Positions 58,182 to 64,000 of a stretch of 64,000 nucleotides of DNA are shown piece by piece. The position numbers and the translations under genes were made by a program. Under the pieces are notes generated by a model. It saw only the letters and a list, made by a program, of their open reading frames with translations, was not told the DNA's origin and made no database searches. Source of the stretch: Oscillatoriales cyanobacterium PMM_0080 (GTDB lineage: Bacteria > Cyanobacteriota > Cyanobacteriia > Cyanobacteriales > Microcoleaceae); NCBI GenBank assembly GCA_949127775.1, contig CASBQF010000094.1, forward strand, positions 16,198 to 80,197, in the 5' to 3' direction. The stretch's first letter is position 1. Each line of letters starts with the position of its first letter.

Positions 58182-59649
58182 TTGACATCTCCCCAGCCCT
58201 AAAGGGACGGGGATTCATGTATACCATAATTTAAGTCTTACAGGTGCTGACAAGTCACCCCTACCAACTCCACTTAGATCGAGTCCAAGTATTGTTGCTA
58301 CTTTCCGACCAATATTTGCACATCCATTGCAGTCTGCATTAATTAGCCACCCCTTTGCCGTCCGATATAATCCACGTTTTACTCTTGTTCCAGAAGCTTT
58401 CCACCCTACCCTTCGGGAACGCCAAGGGCGAACGGGTTTTTCGCCGATTTTAGGCAGTTCGTCAGCATCTAGAAAAGAAGTTTTTGAAGTATAGGATTCT
58501 TCGGTTTCGACAAATTTAATTCCGTACTGTTCGCACAGTTGAGCAATTCTATCTTTTAGCCTACCCGTGGGAATCTGCACAAATTTTTGATTGGTCTTTG
58601 TACCTAGATTTATCGAATCTTTCTGATTCTTGTTCCAGCCAAATACAACTGTACCAATCTTGGACGATATACAATGATTTATCACCTTACGAGCAGCTTT
58701 ATTAACTGCATCCCGCATTGTTCTATTTCTGCTTTCAGTCAGCCGTTCCAGTCTTTTTGACCAGAATCCATTGTCCTGGCCCGACATTAAGGTTGCTACT
58801 CGTTTGTTGTAGCCTTGGTTGATAGACTTGAGATGCCTTCCGTCTACGATGAATGAAGTTCCAATATTGCTGACACAAGTTATCCAGTTGTCCATCCCGT
58901 GGTCTATCATCAACACAGAATCAACGTTGACATCGGATTGAACAGCTTCTTTTTGATACACCAATTCTAGATAGAAACATCCGTTTCTGGGTAAAATCCT
59001 GTACTCTCGAATAGAAGCATATTCTAAGTTAGATGGCATCGTCAGATAGAACGCATCTATGCCAAACCAAGCTTTAACTTGCTTCCCTAAAGGAAATCGC
59101 AACATTCCATCTTTTAATTTGACCGATCTACCTGTAAATGTCACCAGCGCTAATCCGCCTTGTCTGTATCCAGGAAGTCTTGGATGTTGCGTCAATGTCC
59201 CTTGTTTGATTCCAGTTAGTAAACCTAAATAAGATTGGAAGGATTCAGCAACGCTAGTTAATATCTGCTGTGCGGTATCTGAATAAAAAGCTTTATAATG
59301 AATGTTCCGATTGTCCGTTCCTAAAACTTTATGCAGCCTCGCTCTACTCGGTATATTTCCAGTTTTGAAGAATAGTTGTCGGGCATAATAAGTTCCACAA
59401 TTAATTAACTTTGAGGCTTCACTGCACAAGAATTCTAAGACTGCTTTCAAGTCTTTGTCTGGACTAATTAGATTTTGCTGACATCCATACATTCTGTTTT
59501 CCTCCTTGCTTTATATTAGCATGATATTCTTGATTTAAGATTCAAGTATCTCTACAAAATAACCAATACAAAAAAATATTGAAGGCGGTTGAAACCGCTA
59601 CCGAGTTCCTCCCCATGTCGTTAGCCCGGGGCTTCCCTCTCGTTTTTTG
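58182..59649 (-). mobile_element. IS200/IS605-family element, tnpB only (IS891/IS1341-like)
   Basis: Minus strand: TCAC|CAAAAAACG...CCCC hairpin at the left end; right hairpin cccgtccctttagggctgggg then terminal TCAA at 58185-58182. Confidence 0.8.
58215..59492 (-). CDS. tnpB: TnpB of the zinc-finger-less EESYTS clade
   Basis: RuvC-I IDHGMD, VVFGWNK at the usual RuvC-II position, [10 protein letters not shown], RuvC-III NADCNG; no CxxC pairs. Confidence 0.85.
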   Translation of the reverse strand: MYGCQQNLISPDKDLKAVLEFLCSEASKLINCGTYYARQLFFKTGNIPSRARLHKVLGTDNRNIHYKAFYSDTAQQILTSVAESFQSYLGLLTGIKQGTLTQHPRLPGYRQGGLALVTFTGRSVKLKDGMLRFPLGKQVKAWFGIDAFYLTMPSNLEYASIREYRILPRNGCFYLELVYQKEAVQSDVNVDSVLMIDHGMDNWITCVSNIGTSFIVDGRHLKSINQGYNKRVATLMSGQDNGFWSKRLERLTESRNRTMRDAVNKAARKVINHCISSKIGTVVFGWNKNQKDSINLGTKTNQKFVQIPTGRLKDRIAQLCEQYGIKFVETEESYTSKTSFLDADELPKIGEKPVRPWRSRRVGWKASGTRVKRGLYRTAKGWLINADCNGCANIGRKVATILGLDLSGVGRGDLSAPVRLKLWYT

Positions 59650-59788
59650 GTGAGTGTCCCGATGCCATCAGTCCGACTATCGTGCCCACAGTGACTCGCA
59701 AGCCGCGAATGCAGGGTTTTCCTCCCATTACTTCTGGATTGAGAGTGATTCTAGTTAGTTGTTTCATGATTTTAAACTACTAGGCTTT
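59650..59788 (-). pseudogene. Second, truncated copy of the DUF433 5' end plus upstream sequence
   Basis: 4 mismatches against 52725-52863; ATG at 59767; cut by the IS left end. Confidence 0.85.
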
Positions 59789-59833
59789 ATGGGAAACAAG
59801 GAGATTAATTTTTGGTGAAACAGGCCAGAAAGT

Positions 59834-60030
59834 TATTGGTGTCAACTTAAGCCATAAAACTTTTGTATCTCTCGTTTATAGACTAGGCCAGATCCCCCTA
59901 AATCCCCCTTAAGAAGGGGGACTTTGAGAAGACTCTTGTCCCCCCCTTCTTAAGGGGGGTTAGGGGGGATCGATGCTTAATCGCCAAACAGCAGTCTCTG
60001 AGTACCTTTGAAGTTAAGTTGACACTCCTT
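59834..60030. mobile_element. MITE, sister of 7016-7212, inserted into a REP
   Basis: Ends attggtgtcaacttaa / ttaagttgacact; shared internal ggccagatccccctaaatccccc core; ggccagaaag duplicated at 59823-59832 and 60031-60040. Confidence 0.75.
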
Positions 60031-60056
60031 GGCCAGAAAGCCTGTTCCTAACCCAA

Positions 60057-62990
60057 CTACAAACTGTTACCTACCAACGCGGGGAGAGAGTCTTTTTTCC
60101 GAAACTGCAAAGTGTTATTTACGCAGTCGATCGCAATTGTGTCACCTTCGACAAACGCATTTTCCAGAATCTTGTTAGCCAGCGGGTTTTCCAGCTCCCG
60201 CTGGATGGCGCGTTTCAGCGGACGAGCGCCATAAACTGGGTCGTAACCAACATCTGTGATATGGTTCTTCGCAGCATCTGACAGTTCCAATGTGATTTTT
60301 TGTTCCGCCAACAGCCGCTCGATCCGCTTGACTTGAATGCTGACTATTTGCCGCAGTTCGATCTTGCTCAAAGTGTGGAACAAAATTGTCTCGTCAACCC
60401 GATTGAGAAATTCTGGCCGGAAGTGCGATCGCAAAGCAGTCATCACCCGTTTCAACATCTGTTCATACTCTTCATCCGTCTCCCGTTCCGCAATCGGTAA
60501 ACTTTCGGGTTCCTGAACACTTGGAGCACTCACAGCATCAGAAACTCGCTGGGCTGACACCTCAACCGTGCCATCATCATCAACTTTATAATTTGTCTTT
60601 TGACTTGACAAATCTTTCGTTTCCTGCTTTCGAGTTGCAGGTTTTTTAGCCGTTTTCTCCTTCTTAGCAAACACTTCTAAGATGTGATCGCTGCCGATAT
60701 TGCTAGTCATCACAATTACGGTATTTTTGAAGTCAACGACTCGACCCTGAGAATCGGTAATTCTGCCATCATCCAACACTTGCAACAAAATGTTAAATAT
60801 ATCAGGGTGTGCCTTTTCCACTTCATCAAATAGCACGACGGAATAAGGGCGTCTCCGCACTGCTTCGGAAAGTTGTCCGCCTTCGTCGTAACCGACATAT
60901 CCCGGGGGAGCTCCGACTAATCGGGAGACGTTTTGCTTCTCCATATATTCCGACATATCGATGCGGATAATCGCATCGTCGCTGTCAAACATAAACTCCG
61001 CCAACGCCCGCGCTAACTCGGTTTTGCCGACGCCAGTGGGGCCCATAAACAAGAAAGAGCCGATCGGTCTTCCCGGATCTTTCATCCCCGCCCGAGCCCG
61101 CCTAATTGCCGCAGCAACCGCCGTTACAGCCTCTTCTTGACCGATGACTTTCTTGTGCAAATGGCTTTCCAATTGCAGCAATTTTTGGCGTTCCGATTCC
61201 AGCAACCTGTTGACCGGAATCCCAGTCCATTTCGCAACAATTTCCGCAATGTCGCCCTCAGTCACTTTTTCGCGCAGCAGCGAAGAACCTTGGGCTTGCT
61301 GTTTCAAAAGTTCGGCTTCCTTGGCTTCGCGATCGCGCACCGCAGTTTCTAACTTGCCATACTTTAACTGGGCCGCTTTATTCAAATCGTAAGCCCTTTC
61401 TGCCTGTTCGATTTGGACTCGCAACTGGTCTTCTTCTGCTTTCAATTTATTGATTGCATCCAACAACTGCTTTTCGCCCAACCACTGAGAAGACAGTTTT
61501 TCCTGCTTGACTTTCAAAATGTCAATTTCCGATGTGATGCGTTCAATTCGGGGGCCGATCGCAGGAGATACAGCACCTTTCCCCTCACCTTCGATCGACA
61601 ATTTTTCCATTTCCAACTGCATCACCCGGCGATCGATGACTTCTAATTCCACGGGTTTAGAAGTAATTTCCATTTTCAAGTGGGCGGCTGCTTCGTCTAC
61701 AAGGTCGATCGCCTTATCGGGCAAAAAGCGATCGGAAATATAGCGAAAAGACAAAGTTGCAGCAGCTACCAAGGCTGAATCAGTAATCTTGACCCCGTGG
61801 TGGCGTTCATAACGATCTTTCAATCCGCGCAAAATTGAGATAGTATCTTCGACGCTAGGTTCGCCGACAGATACTTTTTGAAAACGGCGTTCTAGGGCTG
61901 GATCTTTTTCAATATTCTTGCGGAATTCGTCAATAGTTGTAGCGCCGATACAGCGCAATTCGCCACGGGCTAACATCGGTTTCAACAAATTCCCGGCATC
62001 CATTCCCGAACCGGAACTTCCGCCACCGCCAGTTCCAACAACTGTATGCAATTCGTCAATAAATAGGACAATTTGTCCGTCGGAATCGATGACTTCTCGC
62101 AATACCGATCGCAATCGTTCTTCAAATTCACCCCGGAATTTTGCCCCAGCAATTAAACTGCCCATATCGAGGCTGAATAGTTGGCGGTTTTTCAAAGATT
62201 CTGGCACGTCGCCGTTGACAATGCGCTGGGCTAAACCTTCGGCGATCGCCGTTTTGCCAACTCCGGGATCGCCAATTAACACCGGATTGTTTTTTTGGCG
62301 GCGGGAAAGAACTTGCACTACTCGCCGAATTTCCTCGTCGCGGCCGATTACGGGGTCAAGTTTGCCCGCTTTGGCGGCTTCTGTCAAATCGCGGCCATAT
62401 TTGCTAAGGGCGTCGCTGCTAGCTTCCCCATCTCGATCTGGGGCTTTAGCGTTAGTGCGGCTGGATTTGCTGGTTTCGGAACTTTTTTCTGTGACTTTAG
62501 CGGTAGCGCGGGCAGATTTGATGGCTTCTTCGAGTTTTGGTCGATCGATCGTACCGGCTGCGGGTTTGCGATCGTAACCAGGGCGGCCAGGTGGGCCATC
62601 GCCCCTTGTCAACAAACGTCTACCAACTCGTTCATCTTCTAGTAAGCCAATTAATAAATGTTCAACGGCGATAAAATTATCTTGCCAAGCCACTCTGGTG
62701 GTTTCGGCAACATCTAACATCACATCTAAGCCACGACCGAGGTATAGTTGGTCAGCGTTGGTCACTCTGGGCTGTCGTTTGGCAAAGGCTTCTAACTGTT
62801 GGGCAAAGCGGACGACATCTATGCCAGCCAAGCTGAAAATGGTGTTTGCTAAGCCAAGTTGTTCTAGAATGGCGATCGCCAAATGTTCAACCTCTAGCTG
62901 CTGATTCGCAAAGCGGCGGGCTACATCCTGGGATTTTACAATGGATTCCCAGGCTTCATCGGTAAATTTGCTAGGGTCTGTTGGCTGCAT
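60057..62990 (-). CDS. clpB: ATP-dependent chaperone ClpB with low-complexity insertions
   Basis: Clp-N repeats, [29 protein letters not shown]-domain coiled coil, [22 protein letters not shown]. Confidence 0.95.
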   Translation of the reverse strand: MQPTDPSKFTDEAWESIVKSQDVARRFANQQLEVEHLAIAILEQLGLANTIFSLAGIDVVRFAQQLEAFAKRQPRVTNADQLYLGRGLDVMLDVAETTRVAWQDNFIAVEHLLIGLLEDERVGRRLLTRGDGPPGRPGYDRKPAAGTIDRPKLEEAIKSARATAKVTEKSSETSKSSRTNAKAPDRDGEASSDALSKYGRDLTEAAKAGKLDPVIGRDEEIRRVVQVLSRRQKNNPVLIGDPGVGKTAIAEGLAQRIVNGDVPESLKNRQLFSLDMGSLIAGAKFRGEFEERLRSVLREVIDSDGQIVLFIDELHTVVGTGGGGSSGSGMDAGNLLKPMLARGELRCIGATTIDEFRKNIEKDPALERRFQKVSVGEPSVEDTISILRGLKDRYERHHGVKITDSALVAAATLSFRYISDRFLPDKAIDLVDEAAAHLKMEITSKPVELEVIDRRVMQLEMEKLSIEGEGKGAVSPAIGPRIERITSEIDILKVKQEKLSSQWLGEKQLLDAINKLKAEEDQLRVQIEQAERAYDLNKAAQLKYGKLETAVRDREAKEAELLKQQAQGSSLLREKVTEGDIAEIVAKWTGIPVNRLLESERQKLLQLESHLHKKVIGQEEAVTAVAAAIRRARAGMKDPGRPIGSFLFMGPTGVGKTELARALAEFMFDSDDAIIRIDMSEYMEKQNVSRLVGAPPGYVGYDEGGQLSEAVRRRPYSVVLFDEVEKAHPDIFNILLQVLDDGRITDSQGRVVDFKNTVIVMTSNIGSDHILEVFAKKEKTAKKPATRKQETKDLSSQKTNYKVDDDGTVEVSAQRVSDAVSAPSVQEPESLPIAERETDEEYEQMLKRVMTALRSHFRPEFLNRVDETILFHTLSKIELRQIVSIQVKRIERLLAEQKITLELSDAAKNHITDVGYDPVYGARPLKRAIQRELENPLANKILENAFVEGDTIAIDCVNNTLQFRKKDSLPALVGNSL

Positions 62991-63331
62991 GGTTCCTCGC
63001 AATTAAGGGGATTCCTGTTGTTATCCGTTAATATATCGTCTCACAACCATCATAATCTTGAAACACGATTTGTGAATCTATGAATGCGGTTAACTCAGCC
63101 GAAGTTATAACGTAATTGACCTCTTACAAAAGCTGACAGTCCGCAATCCACTGCGTTTTTTTGTGCAGTCTGACTGGATAGGCGATCGAACTTCTGGAAA
63201 TATAGTGGTTCTCGATTGCCTGAAATACTGCAAGGACACTGCACGTGCCGTTTCCCTACCAAATATCTGGATTGCACTCAACTGAAAGCCTGTATATTGC
63301 CAAAACCAGAATTTTTTATCGACTGATATCT

Positions 63332-64000
63332 ATGCTATTTCCCACGTATCAATTTTTAGTATTTTTCCTAATTATTTTTAGCGCGATCGTCTCTTTGAAG
63401 CCCAAAGTCGATTTATATAAAATTGTCTTGCTAATTTCCAGTTTATTATTTTATTCCTTTTGGAGTTTCGACTTTCTCTTACTGTTAGTTTTAGGTACTG
63501 CCTACAATTATATCATTCTCCGGGCTGTTTGCAACGGTAGATATAAAAAACTTGCTTTAATCTCCGGCATAATTTTCAACATAGCCAACCTCGGCATCTT
63601 TAAATATTGCAACTTCTTTGTAACTTCCTTATTTGACGTACTTAACCAGCTACAAATTCCAGCGAGCTTTCAAGTTCTGCAAATAATCGCCCCTGTCGGC
63701 GTATCGTTCTACACATTTAGAATGATTTCCCATTTAATCGACTGCTACCAACACAAAATCCCCTGTCCTAAATTTATAGACTACGCCACCTACATTACCT
63801 ACTTTCCTCAAATTGCCTCCGGGCCAATCTCGCGCCCTCGCGAATTTTACACGCAGCTAAATTCACCCAAAAAATACGACTATCAAATCGAAGAAGTTAT
63901 CGTTTTGATTTTGTCTGGACTCTTCAAAAAATATACTTTATCCAGCTTTTTGTTTAACTTTACTCAACTGCCTTTTAAAGTCCCTCAACAATACAGCAGC
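63332..64000 (+). CDS. MBOAT family O-acyltransferase (AlgI/DltB-like), partial
   Basis: Not in the ORF track. Manual translation from ATG at 63332: MLFPTYQF...SLLFYSFW...LGIFKYCNFF...PVGVSFYTF...YFPQIASGPI.R...GLFKK. Confidence 0.85.
   Translation, partial: MLFPTYQFLVFFLIIFSAIVSLKPKVDLYKIVLLISSLLFYSFWSFDFLLLLVLGTAYNYIILRAVCNGRYKKLALISGIIFNIANLGIFKYCNFFVTSLFDVLNQLQIPASFQVLQIIAPVGVSFYTFRMISHLIDCYQHKIPCPKFIDYATYITYFPQIASGPISRPREFYTQLNSPKKYDYQIEEVIVLILSGLFKKYTLSSFLFNFTQLPFKVPQQYSS

Noticed and set aside
61918-62577. Long antisense ORFs (this one, 2423-2899, 20529-21071, 33837-34322, 50469-50927 and others)
   Set aside because: Shadows of well-supported genes on the opposite strand, with no motifs of their own.
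63003-63330. CIRCE heat-shock operator upstream of clpB
   Set aside because: No TTAGCACTC-N9-GAGTGCTAA match seen.
1-64000. rRNA, tRNA, prophage or integrase
   Set aside because: None recognised; DUF5131 alone does not indicate a prophage.

Overview
Chromosomal window from a filamentous cyanobacterium (Oscillatoriales, Microcoleus-like by inference from abundant HIP1 GCGATCGC sites, heptamer STRR arrays and GTAG-type REP hairpins). The backbone is mostly housekeeping and stress genes: class III ADH, fni, two sppA, Tat beta-carbonic anhydrase, FHA-GAF adenylate cyclase, ylqF, pgk, response regulators, Ser/Thr kinase, desA, thrC, mscS, aroH, oxoprolinase, treS, clpB and an MBOAT. Four accessory modules stand out. 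(1) An HsdR-N-like nuclease fused to a ParA ATPase, followed by two divergent ParB-like proteins with degenerate arginine patches and different nucleic-acid-binding tails, next to an orphan xisH/xisI pair; this is my best candidate for an undescribed system. (2) An ABC/AAA_21 ATPase with a TOPRIM-like partner. (3) A convergent TcmP / DUF5131 pair in which I found no HIP1 site. (4) A ~6.8 kb segment (MITE, MAPEG, devBCA, padR, lysR remnant, tnpB IS) bounded by a 140-bp direct repeat. There is also a rich layer of tiny mobile repeats (21-24 nt site-specific insertions, MITEs nested in REPs, REP units absorbed in frame into genes) and two tnpB-only IS200/IS605 elements. No rRNA, tRNA or CRISPR array was seen. 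All family assignments come from motif recognition by eye, not from database searches.
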